Positions 43,244 through 57,411 of a DNA stretch of 64,000 bases are shown here, in pieces. Numbering within the stretch: position 1 is the stretch's first letter; each line of letters opens with the position of its first letter. The translations under genes and the position numbers were made by a program. The notes beneath the pieces were generated by a model. It saw only the letters and a program-made list of their open reading frames with translations. It was not told the DNA's origin and ran no database searches. The stretch is from Lepidodermella squamata (lineage: Eukaryota > Animalia > Gastrotricha): NCBI GenBank assembly GCA_047495785.1, contig JBLDXI010000024.1, positions 5,022,001 through 5,086,000 of the forward strand, given 5' to 3'.

Positions 43244-45259
43244 AATTGCGCCACAGAAGCTGGCTAATCGCAGACTCGGCATCACCACTCAGCAATATGT
43301 AGCTTTTAACGCGAGCGTTGCCATGATCACGTTGTTGCCGTTACAGTTTGGCTGTAGCCGAGGTTAGATCGGCCTTCGCATAGAATATAAACAGAGCTGA
43401 ACTGTCCTTCATCAATGATCCTCAGCCGCTTTAGCTCTGCCAACCCGCGATAGCTCAGCTGGTAGAGCGGAGGACTGTAGATGCAACGCAGCTATCCTTA
43501 GGTCGGTGGTTCAAGTCCGCCTCGCGGGATTGCATGGTTTTTCACTTTCGTTGGGTAGCAGCTTTTCATTCGTTCGTCAGTAAAAATGCGCTGATAGATG
43601 TGCAAAGGCCCGTTGGTCTAGGGGTATGATTCTCGCTTTGGGTGCGAGAGGTCTCGGGTTCAAATCCCGGACGGGCCCAAGCTTTTTGAGCTAATAGCTG
43701 AAGCGGCAGCATTACAAAAGGTGTTTGCCATAACCTTGAGCGCATGTAATGTTATCACAGCGGCATCGGTGGTTCAGTGGTAGAATTCTCGCCTGCCACG
43801 CGGGAGGCCCGGGTTCGATTCCCGGCCGATGCAAGCGACCCTGTTTTTTCATATCAGCTTCGATGTGCATCAGGCAAATTATGAGCGCAGCAAAATTAAA
43901 AGCACTGACAATTCAAGACGCTTCAGTCATCCTTGGTAGTATAGTGGTTAGTATCCCCGCCTGTCACGCGGGAGACCAGGGTTCGATTCCCTGCCAAGGA
44001 GTCAGCTTTTTTAGTTGCGGCGCATAGGTTTCGAGCCAATTTTTTGAGAAAATTGCTAAAAAGTTGATTGCCGCCCGATGTGGGGCTCGAACCCACGACC
44101 CTGGGATTAAGAGTCCCATGCTCTACCGACTGAGCTAACCGGGCTGAGGCGCTATCAATTGCCTAAGCCGACAATTATGAAGCAGTTGACTGCTGGCGAA
44201 TGTTGACTGCCATCAAAAATACTCGAGGCTGCCAGGAGTCGAACCTGGAATCTTCTGATCCGTAGTCAGACGCGTTGTCCATTGCGCCACAACCCCATTC
44301 GGTCGAAAGAAGGCTTGCAAGCGCTAATTAGCAGGCAGGAATGGGACTGAAGTGAAAAATGCATGTCAGAAGTGGGATTCGAACCCACGCCAGTAGAAAC
44401 TGACTGCGACCTGAAAGCAGCGCCTTGGACCGCTCGGCCATCCTGACGAGATGGTGGAATAGATTGCTGATATCCTGCAGACGGCATTTTGCAAAGCTAA
44501 GATATCGCAGAGCAAGTACAGCAAACAGCAAAGTCGTATAACTGTTGCCAATATAAAACTAGCCAGCTACGCCGATCGGGGTGTATCGTTTCTTAAACTG
44601 CTGAAGAAGCACTCAAGTCGCTATGCCCGAGTGGTTAAGGGGTCTGACTAGAAATCAGATGCGGTCTCCGCGCGTAGGTTCAAATCCTACTGGCGACGAC
44701 AGTTATTTTTGCATTATAACGACTGAAACTCAGTTCTGCAGTTAGCCTCCAGAACAGTCCTCGCTTTCATCAGGCGTCAGTGGTGTAACGGTCAGCATGG
44801 TTGCCTTCCAAGCAGCCGATCCGGGTTCGACTCCCGGCTGACGCACACGTTTTTAGCTCACACGTTTGAAAGCAATTGCTAGTGACGAGATTAAAGCTGT
44901 CCTTCCCAAAACCAGCGTTCGAGAGGTCCCATGGTGTAGCGGTTAGCACTCTGGACTCTGAATCCAGCGACTCGAGTTCGATTCTCGATGGGACCTTGAT
45001 ACGTTTTTTCAAACAAACTTTCAGCTCACTCACTCTCAGCTGATGGAAACTTGCGATCGCAATATTTGTTACCATTCAAACCTTTTCTTTCACTAGCCTA
45101 GGGGGCATAGCTCAGTGGTAGAGCGTCTCATTCGCATTGTGAAGGTCTCGGGTTCAATCCCCGATGCCTCCAGTTGGCAATTTTTTCGCGTAACCTCTCG
45201 AAGATTAGTTGCTATATCGGTGAAAGTGACCAGAAATTACGCTAAAAATGTGAAAATAG

Positions 45260-45343
45260 TGTCAGAAGTGGGGTTCGAACCCACGCCAGTAGAAACTGAC
45301 TGCGACCTGAACGCAGCGCCTTGGACCGCTCGGCCATCCTGAC
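45260..45343 (-). tRNA. Chimeric tRNA-Leu(CAG) (also at 46156, 50397, 52792, 55187, 59428, 60324, 61220, 62116, 63012)
   Basis: Leu(CAG) body with a Leu(CAA)-type T loop (TTCGAAC) and the Leu(CAA) 3' flank. Confidence 0.9.
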
Positions 45344-47051
45344 GAGATGGTGGAATAGATTGCTGATATCCTGCAGACGGCATTTTGCAAAGCTAAGATA
45401 TCGCAGAGCAAGTACAGCAAACAGCAAAGTCGTATAACTGTTGCCAATATAAAACTAGCCAGCTACGCCGATCGGGGTGTATCGTTTCTTAAACTGCTGA
45501 AGAAGCACTCAAGTCGCTATGCCCGAGTGGTTAAGGGGTCTGACTAGAAATCAGATGCGGTCTCCGCGCGTAGGTTCAAATCCTACTGGCGACGACAGTT
45601 ATTTTTGCATTATAACGACTGAAACTCAGTTCTGCAGTTAGCCTCCAGAACAGTCCTCGCTTTCATCAGGCGTCAGTGGTGTAACGGTCAGCATGGTTGC
45701 CTTCCAAGCAGCCGATCCGGGTTCGACTCCCGGCTGACGCACACGTTTTTAGCTCACACGTTTGAAAGCAATTGCTAGTGACGAGATTAAAGCTGTCCTT
45801 CCCAAAACCAGCGTTCGAGAGGTCCCATGGTGTAGCGGTTAGCACTCTGGACTCTGAATCCAGCGACTCGAGTTCGATTCTCGATGGGACCTTGATACGT
45901 TTTTTCAAACAAACTTTCAGCTCACTCACTCTCAGCTGATGGAAACTTGCGATCGCAATATTTGTTACCATTCAAACCTTTTCTTTCACTAGCCTAGGGG
46001 GCATAGCTCAGTGGTAGAGCGTCTCATTCGCATTGTGAAGGTCTCGGGTTCAATCCCCGATGCCTCCAGTTGGCAATTTTTTCGCGTAACCTCTCGAAGA
46101 TTAGTTGCTATATCGGTGAAAGTGACCAGAAATTACGCTAAAAATGTGAAAATAGTGTCAGAAGTGGGGTTCGAACCCACGCCAGTAGAAACTGACTGCG
46201 ACCTGAACGCAGCGCCTTGGACCGCTCGGCCATCCTGACGAGATGGTGGAATAGATTGCTGATATCCTGCAGACGGCATTTTGCAAAGCTAAGATATCGC
46301 AGAGCAAGTACAGCAAACAGCAAAGTCGTATAACTGTTGCCAATATAAAACTAGCCAGCTACGCCGATCGGGGTGTATCGTTTCTTAAACTGCTGAAGAA
46401 GCACTCAAGTCGCTATGCCCGAGTGGTTAAGGGGTCTGACTAGAAATCAGATGCGGTCTCCGCGCGTAGGTTCAAATCCTACTGGCGACGACAGTTATTT
46501 TTGCATTATAACGACTGAAACTCAGTTCTGCAGTTAGCCTCCAGAACAGTCCTCGCTTTCATCAGGCGTCAGTGGTGTAACGGTCAGCATGGTTGCCTTC
46601 CAAGCAGCCGATCCGGGTTCGACTCCCGGCTGACGCACACGTTTTTAGCTCACACGTTTGAAAGCAATTGCTAGTGACGAGATTAAAGCTGTCCTTCCCA
46701 AAACCAGCGTTCGAGAGGTCCCATGGTGTAGCGGTTAGCACTCTGGACTCTGAATCCAGCGACTCGAGTTCGATTCTCGATGGGACCTTGATACGTTTTT
46801 TCAAACAAACTTTCAGCTCACTCACTCTCAGCTGATGGAAACTTGCGATCGCAATATTTGTTACCATTCAAACCTTTTCTTTCACTAGCCTAGGGGGCAT
46901 AGCTCAGTGGTAGAGCGTCTCATTCGCATTGTGAAGGTCTCGGGTTCAATCCCCGATGCCTCCAGTTGGCAATTTTTTCGCGTAACCTCTCGAAGATTAG
47001 TTGCTATATCGGTGAAAGTGACCAGAAATTACGCTAAAAATGTGAAAATAG

Positions 47052-48340
47052 TGTCAGAAGTGGGGTTCGAACCCACGCCCTCTTTCGAGGACCAGATCTT
47101 GAGTCTGGCGCCTTAGACCGCTCGGCCATCCTGACCAGATGTAGCTACTCTGGGAAATTGTTGTAATCCATCCGAAAATATGAGAAATTTGGCCGTTTAA
47201 AGGGCGAGCGCATTGCATTGCCGCATCTATCGATAGGCGAAATGGCTATCGCGTCGGACTTCGGATCCGAAGATTGTGGGTTCGAGTCCCATCAGCGTCG
47301 GCTCTATTTTTGCTGGCCTTTTCTTTCGGCTGAGCTGTTATCATAGCAACAGAATTATCACTTGTCAAGCTGTCAAGAATAATCACAAGGGCCTTCCTAG
47401 CTCAGTCGGTAGAGCATGTGACTTTTAATCACAGGGTCGGGGGTTCGAGTCCCCCGGAGGGCGCAATATTTTTACCCAGGGTAACATGTTTATGGCATCG
47501 ACCGGCTGCTAAGAAGACGAAGATCTCGAAGGGGGATTAGCTCAAATGGTAGAGCGCTCGCTTAGCATGCGAGAGGTAACGGGATCGACGCCCGTATCCT
47601 CCATATACTTTTTTCGGCAAGATAAAAAAGGCTGAAATGAGGAGACTGCGCTTGCGAAAATAAAGCAGTCAACCGCGGCTCAGTAGCTTAGTGGTAGAGC
47701 GTCTGCCTAGTAAGCAGAAGATCGAGGGTTCGATCCCCCCCTGAGCCTGGTCTTGACACTTTTTGCAGCATTCGGAGGTCTTCCGTCCCTTTTATATAGC
47801 CATTTCATTCAGGATCAAAATTGGAAAGGCTAAAAGTGTTCCCTGACCGGGAATCGAACCCGGGCCGCCGCGGTGAAAGCGCGGAATCCTAACCACTAGA
47901 CCATCAGGGAGGTGCAAAATCCCTGTTGTATGCGTAAACTGTGAAGAACTCAAATTATCAACGTCATCGCACCTTCAGCAACTCTGTGCAAAAAATAGAA
48001 TGGGCCCGTTCGGGAATTGAACCCGAGACCTCTCGCACCCGAAGCGAGAATCATACCCCTAGACCAACGGGCCAACCTGACTTTACCCAATTGGCAACTG
48101 GCAACCAAAGACTTTATTAGAACGTCTCCAGCGTTTATGCAAAACATGCGATACGCCGAGACCCGGGATCGAACCAGGGACCTTTAGATCTTCAGTCTAA
48201 CGCTCTCCCAACTGAGCTATCTCGGCTGTTATTTACAGCAGTGCTAAAGTCGAAGCTTAACTTGTAGCTTAGCTAGGGAGCTCAATGCAGGCTGCTATGA
48301 CTTTGGCAGCAAATAAAAAACTGCGCTCCTGGGTGGGCTC

Positions 48341-48380
<40 letters not shown>

Positions 48381-51292
48381 AATTGCGCCACAGAAGCTGG
48401 CTAATCGCAGACTCGGCATCACCACTCAGCAATATGTAGCTTTTAACGCGAGCGTTGCCATGATCACGTTGTTGCCGTTACAGTTTGGCTGTAGCCGAGG
48501 TTAGATCGGCCTTCGCATAGAATATAAACAGAGCTGAACTGTCCTTCATCAATGATCCTCAGCCGCTTTAGCTCTGCCAACCCGCGATAGCTCAGCTGGT
48601 AGAGCGGAGGACTGTAGATGCAACGCAGCTATCCTTAGGTCGGTGGTTCAAGTCCGCCTCGCGGGATTGCATGGTTTTTCACTTTCGTTGGGTAGCAGCT
48701 TTTCATTCGTTCGTCAGTAAAAATGCGCTGATAGATGTGCAAAGGCCCGTTGGTCTAGGGGTATGATTCTCGCTTTGGGTGCGAGAGGTCTCGGGTTCAA
48801 ATCCCGGACGGGCCCAAGCTTTTTGAGCTAATAGCTGAAGCGGCAGCATTACAAAAGGTGTTTGCCATAACCTTGAGCGCATGTAATGTTATCACAGCGG
48901 CATCGGTGGTTCAGTGGTAGAATTCTCGCCTGCCACGCGGGAGGCCCGGGTTCGATTCCCGGCCGATGCAAGCGACCCTGTTTTTTCATATCAGCTTCGA
49001 TGTGCATCAGGCAAATTATGAGCGCAGCAAAATTAAAAGCACTGACAATTCAAGACGCTTCAGTCATCCTTGGTAGTATAGTGGTTAGTATCCCCGCCTG
49101 TCACGCGGGAGACCAGGGTTCGATTCCCTGCCAAGGAGTCAGCTTTTTTAGTTGCGGCGCATAGGTTTCGAGCCAATTTTTTGAGAAAATTGCTAACAAG
49201 TTGATTGCCGCCCGATGTGGGGCTCGAACCCACGACCCTGGGATTAAGAGTCCCATGCTCTACCGACTGAGCTAACCGGGCTGAGGCGCTATCAATTGCC
49301 TAAGCCGACAATTATGAAGCAGTTGACTGCTGGCGAATGTTGACTGCCATCAAAAATACTCGAGGCTGCCAGGAGTCGAACCTGGAATCTTCTGATCCGT
49401 AGTCAGACGCGTTGTCCATTGCGCCACAACCCCATTCGGTCGAAAGAAGGCTTGCAAGCGCTAATTAGCAGGCAGGAATGGGACTGAAGTGAAAAATGCA
49501 TGTCAGAAGTGGGATTCGAACCCACGCCAGTAGAAACTGACTGCGACCTGAACGCAGCGCCTTGGACCGCTCGGCCATCCTGACGAGATGGTGGAATAGA
49601 TTGCTGATATCCTGCAGACGGCATTTTGCAAAGCTAAGATATCGCAGAGCAAGTACAGCAAACAGCAAAGTCGTATAACTGTTGCCAATATAAAACTAGC
49701 CAGCTACGCCGATCGGGGTGTATCGTTTCTTAAACTGCTGAAGAAGCACTCAAGTCGCTATGCCCGAGTGGTTAAGGGGTCTGACTAGAAATCAGATGCG
49801 GTCTCCGCGCGTAGGTTCAAATCCTACTGGCGACGACAGTTATTTTTGCATTATAACGACTGAAACTCAGTTCTGCAGTTAGCCTCCAGAACAGTCCTCG
49901 CTTTCATCAGGCGTCAGTGGTGTAACGGTCAGCATGGTTGCCTTCCAAGCAGCCGATCCGGGTTCGACTCCCGGCTGACGCACACGTTTTTAGCTCACAC
50001 GTTTGAAAGCAATTGCTAGTGACGAGATTAAAGCTGTCCTTCCCAAAACCAGCGTTCGAGAGGTCCCATGGTGTAGCGGTTAGCACTCTGGACTCTGAAT
50101 CCAGCGACTCGAGTTCGATTCTCGATGGGACCTTGATACGTTTTTTCAAACAAACTTTCAGCTCACTCACTCTCAGCTGATGGAAACTTGCGATCGCAAT
50201 ATTTGTTACCATTCAAACCTTTTCTTTCACTAGCCTAGGGGGCATAGCTCAGTGGTAGAGCGTCTCATTCGCATTGTGAAGGTCTCGGGTTCAATCCCCG
50301 ATGCCTCCAGTTGGCAATTTTTTCGCGTAACCTCTCGAAGATTAGTTGCTATATCGGTGAAAGTGACCAGAAATTACGCTAAAAATGTGAAAATAGTGTC
50401 AGAAGTGGGGTTCGAACCCACGCCAGTAGAAACTGACTGCGACCTGAACGCAGCGCCTTGGACCGCTCGGCCATCCTGACGAGATGGTGGAATAGATTGC
50501 TGATATCCTGCAGACGGCATTTTGCAAAGCTAAGATATCGCAGAGCAAGTACAGCAAACAGCAAAGTCGTATAACTGTTGCCAATATAAAACTAGCCAGC
50601 TACGCCGATCGGGGTGTATCGTTTCTTAAACTGCTGAAGAAGCACTCAAGTCGCTATGCCCGAGTGGTTAAGGGGTCTGACTAGAAATCAGATGCGGTCT
50701 CCGCGCGTAGGTTCAAATCCTACTGGCGACGACAGTTATTTTTGCATTATAACGACTGAAACTCAGTTCTGCAGTTAGCCTCCAGAACAGTCCTCGCTTT
50801 CATCAGGCGTCAGTGGTGTAACGGTCAGCATGGTTGCCTTCCAAGCAGCCGATCCGGGTTCGACTCCCGGCTGACGCACACGTTTTTAGCTCACACGTTT
50901 GAAAGCAATTGCTAGTGACGAGATTAAAGCTGTCCTTCCCAAAACCAGCGTTCGAGAGGTCCCATGGTGTAGCGGTTAGCACTCTGGACTCTGAATCCAG
51001 CGACTCGAGTTCGATTCTCGATGGGACCTTGATACGTTTTTTCAAACAAACTTTCAGCTCACTCACTCTCAGCTGATGGAAACTTGCGATCGCAATATTT
51101 GTTACCATTCAAACCTTTTCTTTCACTAGCCTAGGGGGCATAGCTCAGTGGTAGAGCGTCTCATTCGCATTGTGAAGGTCTCGGGTTCAATCCCCGATGC
51201 CTCCAGTTGGCAATTTTTTCGCGTAACCTCTCGAAGATTAGTTGCTATATCGGTGAAAGTGACCAGAAATTACGCTAAAAATGTGAAAATAG
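47052..51292. repeat. Array unit 3: A-B-C-C (4241 bp)
   Basis: 3345 + 896 bp. Confidence 0.95.
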
Positions 51293-52581
51293 TGTCAGAA
51301 GTGGGGTTCGAACCCACGCCCTCTTTCGAGGACCAGATCTTGAGTCTGGCGCCTTAGACCGCTCGGCCATCCTGACCAGATGTAGCTACTCTGGGAAATT
51401 GTTGTAATCCATCCGAAAATATGAGAAATTTGGCCGTTTAAAGGGCGAGCGCATTGCATTGCCGCATCTATCGATAGGCGAAATGGCTATCGCGTCGGAC
51501 TTCGGATCCGAAGATTGTGGGTTCGAGTCCCATCAGCGTCGGCTCTATTTTTGCTGGCCTTTTCTTTCGGCTGAGCTGTTATCATAGCAACAGAATTATC
51601 ACTTGTCAAGCTGTCAAGAATAATCACAAGGGCCTTCCTAGCTCAGTCGGTAGAGCATGTGACTTTTAATCACAGGGTCGGGGGTTCGAGTCCCCCGGAG
51701 GGCGCAATATTTTTACCCAGGGTAACATGTTTATGGCATCGACCGGCTGCTAAGAAGACGAAGATCTCGAAGGGGGATTAGCTCAAATGGTAGAGCGCTC
51801 GCTTAGCATGCGAGAGGTAACGGGATCGACGCCCGTATCCTCCATATACTTTTTTCGGCAAGATAAAAAAGGCTGAAATGAGGAGACTGCGCTTGCGAAA
51901 ATAAAGCAGTCAACCGCGGCTCAGTAGCTTAGTGGTAGAGCGTCTGCCTAGTAAGCAGAAGATCGAGGGTTCGATCCCCCCCTGAGCCTGGTCTTGACAC
52001 TTTTTGCAGCATTCGGAGGTCTTCCGTCCCTTTTATATAGCCATTTCATTCAGGATCAAAATTGGAAAGGCTAAAAGTGTTCCCTGACCGGGAATCGAAC
52101 CCGGGCCGCCGCGGTGAAAGCGCGGAATCCTAACCACTAGACCATCAGGGAGGTGCAAAATCCCTGTTGTATGCGTAAACTGTGAAGAACTCAAATTATC
52201 AACGTCATCGCACCTTCAGCAACTCTGTGCAAAAAATAGAATGGGCCCGTTCGGGAATTGAACCCGAGACCTCTCGCACCCGAAGCGAGAATCATACCCC
52301 TAGACCAACGGGCCAACCTGACTTTACCCAATTGGCAACTGGCAACCAAAGACTTTATTAGAACGTCTCCAGCGTTTATGCAAAACATGCGATACGCCGA
52401 GACCCGGGATCGAACCAGGGACCTTTAGATCTTCAGTCTAACGCTCTCCCAACTGAGCTATCTCGGCTGTTATTTACAGCAGTGCTAAAGTCGAAGCTTA
52501 ACTTGTAGCTTAGCTAGGGAGCTCAATGCAGGCTGCTATGACTTTGGCAGCAAATAAAAAACTGCGCTCCTGGGTGGGCTC

Positions 52582-52621
<40 letters not shown>

Positions 52622-54976
52622 AATTGCGCCACAGAAGCTGGCTAATCGCAGACTCGGCATCACCACTCAGCAATATGTAGCTTTTAACGCGAGCGTTGCC
52701 ATGATCACGTTGTTGCCGTTACAGTTTGGCTGTAGATTAGTTGCTATATCGGTGAAAGTGACCAGAAATTACGCTAAAAATGTGAAAATAGTGTCAGAAG
52801 TGGGGTTCGAACCCACGCCAGTAGAAACTGACTGCGACCTGAACGCAGCGCCTTGGACCGCTCGGCCATCCTGACGAGATGGTGGAATAGATTGCTGATA
52901 TCCTGCAGACGGCATTTTGCAAAGCTAAGATATCGCAGAGCAAGTACAGCAAACAGCAAAGTCGTATAACTGTTGCCAATATAAAACTAGCCAGCTACGC
53001 CGATCGGGGTGTATCGTTTCTTAAACTGCTGAAGAAGCACTCAAGTCGCTATGCCCGAGTGGTTAAGGGGTCTGACTAGAAATCAGATGCGGTCTCCGCG
53101 CGTAGGTTCAAATCCTACTGGCGACGACAGTTATTTTTGCATTATAACGACTGAAACTCAGTTCTGCAGTTAGCCTCCAGAACAGTCCTCGCTTTCATCA
53201 GGCGTCAGTGGTGTAACGGTCAGCATGGTTGCCTTCCAAGCAGCCGATCCGGGTTCGACTCCCGGCTGACGCACACGTTTTTAGCTCACACGTTTGAAAG
53301 CAATTGCTAGTGACGAGATTAAAGCTGTCCTTCCCAAAACCAGCGTTCGAGAGGTCCCATGGTGTAGCGGTTAGCACTCTGGACTCTGAATCCAGCGACT
53401 CGAGTTCGATTCTCGATGGGACCTTGATACGTTTTTTCAAACAAACTTTCAGCTCACTCACTCTCAGCTGATGGAAACTTGCGATCGCAATATTTGTTAC
53501 CATTCAAACCTTTTCTTTCACTAGCCTAGGGGGCATAGCTCAGTGGTAGAGCGTCTCATTCGCATTGTGAAGGTCTCGGGTTCAATCCCCGATGCCTCCA
53601 GTTGGCAATTTTTTCGCGTAACCTCTCGAAGATTAGTTGCTATATCGGTGAAAGTGACCAGAAATTACGCTAAAAATGTGAAAATAGTGTCAGAAGTGGG
53701 GTTCGAACCCACGCCCTCTTTCGAGGACCAGATCTTGAGTCTGGCGCCTTAGACCGCTCGGCCATCCTGACCAGATGTAGCTACTCTGGGAAATTGTTGT
53801 AATCCATCCGAAAATATGAGAAATTTGGCCGTTTAAAGGGCGAGCGCATTGCATTGCCGCATCTATCGATAGGCGAAATGGCTATCGCGTCGGACTTCGG
53901 ATCCGAAGATTGTGGGTTCGAGTCCCATCAGCGTCGGCTCTATTTTTGCTGGCCTTTTCTTTCGGCTGAGCTGTTATCATAGCAACAGAATTATCACTTG
54001 TCAAGCTGTCAAGAATAATCACAAGGGCCTTCCTAGCTCAGTCGGTAGAGCATGTGACTTTTAATCACAGGGTCGGGGGTTCGAGTCCCCCGGAGGGCGC
54101 AATATTTTTACCCAGGGTAACATGTTTATGGCATCGACCGGCTGCTAAGAAGACGAAGATCTCGAAGGGGGATTAGCTCAAATGGTAGAGCGCTCGCTTA
54201 GCATGCGAGAGGTAACGGGATCGACGCCCGTATCCTCCATATACTTTTTTCGGCAAGATAAAAAAGGCTGAAATGAGGAGACTGCGCTTGCGAAAATAAA
54301 GCAGTCAACCGCGGCTCAGTAGCTTAGTGGTAGAGCGTCTGCCTAGTAAGCAGAAGATCGAGGGTTCGATCCACCCCTGAGCCTGGTCTTGACACTTTTT
54401 GCAGCATTCGGAGGTCTTCCGTCCCTTTTATATAGCCATTTCATTCAGGATCAAAATTGGAAAGGCTAAAAGTGTTCCCTGACCGGGAATCGAACCCGGG
54501 CCGCCGCGGTGAAAGCGCGGAATCCTAACCACTAGACCATCAGGGAGGTGCAAAATCCCTGTTGTATGCGTAAACTGTGAAGAACTCAAATTATCAACGT
54601 CATCGCACCTTCAGCAACTCTGTGCAAAAAATAGAATGGGCCCGTTCGGGAATTGAACCCGAGACCTCTCGCACCCGAAGCGAGAATCATACCCCTAGAC
54701 CAACGGGCCAACCTGACTTTACCCAATTGGCAACTGGCAACCAAAGACTTTATTAGAACGTCTCCAGCGTTTATGCAAAACATGCGATACGCCGAGACCC
54801 GGGATCGAACCAGGGACCTTTAGATCTTCAGTCTAACGCTCTCCCAACTGAGCTATCTCGGCTGTTATTTACAGCAGTGCTAAAGTCGAAGCTTAACTTG
54901 TAGCTTAGCTAGGGAGCTCAATGCAGGCTGCTATGACTTTGGCAGCAAATAAAAAACTGCGCTCCTGGGTGGGCTC

Positions 54977-55016
<40 letters not shown>

Positions 55017-56082
55017 AATTGCGCCACAGAAGCTGGCTAATCGCAGACTCGGCATCACCACTCAGCAATATGTAGCTTTTAACGCGAGCGTTGCCATGAT
55101 CACGTTGTTGCCGTTACAGTTTGGCTGTAGATTAGTTGCTATATCGGTGAAAGTGACCAGAAATTACGCTAAAAATGTGAAAATAGTGCCAGAAGTGGGG
55201 TTCGAACCCACGCCAGTAGAAACTGACTGCGACCTGAACGCAGCGCCTTGGACCGCTCGGCCATCCTGACGAGATGGTGGAATAGATTGCTGATATCCTG
55301 CAGACGGCATTTTGCAAAGCTAAGATATCGCAGAGCAAGTACAGCAAACAGCAAAGTCGTATAACTGTTGCCAATATAAAACTAGCCAGCTACGCCGATC
55401 GGGGTGTATCGTTTCTTAAACTGCTGAAGAAGCACTCAAGTCGCTATGCCCGAGTGGTTAAGGGGTCTGACTAGAAATCAGATGCGGTCTCCGCGCGTAG
55501 GTTCAAATCCTACTGGCGACGACAGTTATTTTTGCATTATAACGACTGAAACTCAGTTCTGCAGTTAGCCTCCAGAACAGTCCTCGCTTTCATCAGGCGT
55601 CAGTGGTGTAACGGTCAGCATGGTTGCCTTCCAAGCAGCCGATCCGGGTTCGACTCCCGGCTGACGCACACGTTTTTAGCTCACACGTTTGAAAGCAATT
55701 GCTAGTGACGAGATTAAAGCTGTCCTTCCCAAAACCAGCGTTCGAGAGGTCCCATGGTGTAGCGGTTAGCACTCTGGACTCTGAATCCAGCGACTCGAGT
55801 TCGATTCTCGATGGGACCTTGATACGTTTTTTCAAACAAACTTTCAGCTCACTCACTCTCAGCTGATGGAAACTTGCGATCGCAATATTTGTTACCATTC
55901 AAACCTTTTCTTTCACTAGCCTAGGGGGCATAGCTCAGTGGTAGAGCGTCTCATTCGCATTGTGAAGGTCTCGGGTTCAATCCCCGATGCCTCCAGTTGG
56001 CAATTTTTTCGCGTAACCTCTCGAAGATTAGTTGCTATATCGGTGAAAGTGACCAGAAATTACGCTAAAAATGTGAAAATAG
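51293..56082. repeat. Array units 4 and 5: A-C deletion units (2 x 2395 bp)
   Basis: Identical junction GGCTGT-AG-ATTAGTTGC at 52734 and 55129; module B is absent. Confidence 0.95.
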
Positions 56083-57371
56083 TGTCAGAAGTGGGGTTCG
56101 AACCCACGCCCTCTTTCGAGGACCAGATCTTGAGTCTGGCGCCTTAGACCGCTCGGCCATCCTGACCAGATGTAGCTACTCTGGGAAATTGTTGTAATCC
56201 ATCCGAAAATATGAGAAATTTGGCCGTTTAAAGGGCGAGCGCATTGCATTGCCGCATCTATCGATAGGCGAAATGGCTATCGCGTCGGACTTCGGATCCG
56301 AAGATTGTGGGTTCGAGTCCCATCAGCGTCGGCTCTATTTTTGCTGGCCTTTTCTTTCGGCTGAGCTGTTATCATAGCAACAGAATTATCACTTGTCAAG
56401 CTGTCAAGAATAATCACAAGGGCCTTCCTAGCTCAGTCGGTAGAGCATGTGACTTTTAATCACAGGGTCGGGGGTTCGAATCCCCCGGAGGGCGCAATAT
56501 TTTTACCCAGGGTAACATGTTTATGGCATCGACCGGCTGCTAAGAAGACGAAGATCTCGAAGGGGGATTAGCTCAAATGGTAGAGCGCTCGCTTAGCATG
56601 CGAGAGGTAACGGGATCGACGCCCGTATCCTCCATATACTTTTTTCGGCAAGATAAAAAAGGCTGAAATGAGGAGACTGCGCTTGCGAAAATAAAGCAGT
56701 CAACCGCGGCTCAGTAGCTTAGTGGTAGAGCGTCTGCCTAGTAAGATGAAGATCGAGGGTTCGATCCCCCCCTGAGCCTGGTCTTGACACTTTTTGCAGC
56801 ATTCGGAGGTCTTCCGTCCCTTTTATATAGCCATTTCATTCAGGATCAAAATTGGAAAGGCTAAAAGTGTTCCCTGACCGGGAATCGAACCCGGGCCGCC
56901 GCGGTGAAAGCGCGGAATCCTAACCACTAGACCATCAGGGAGGTGCAAAATCCCTGTTGTATGCGTAAACTGTGAAGAACTCAAATTATCAACGTCATCG
57001 CACCTTCAGCAACTCTGTGCAAAAAATAGAATGGGCCCGTTCGGGAATTGAACCCGAGACCTCTCGCACCCGAAGCGAGAATCATACCCCTAGACCAACG
57101 GGCCAACCTGACTTTACCCAATTGGCAACTGGCAACCAAAGACTTTATTAGAACGTCTCCAGCGTTTATGCAAAACATGCGATACGCCGAGACCCGGGAT
57201 CGAACCAGGGACCTTTAGATCTTCAGTCTAACGCTCTCCCAACTGAGCTATCTCGGCTGTTATTTACAGCAGTGCTAAAGTCGAAGCTTAACTTGTAGCT
57301 TAGCTAGGGAGCTCAATGCAGGCTGCTATGACTTTGGCAGCAAATAAAAAACTGCGCTCCTGGGTGGGCTC

Positions 57372-57411
<40 letters not shown>

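Larger units (their letters stand above)
41922..47051. repeat. Array unit 2: A-B-C-C-C
   Basis: C modules at 44364, 45260 and 46156 (896-bp period). Confidence 0.95.
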
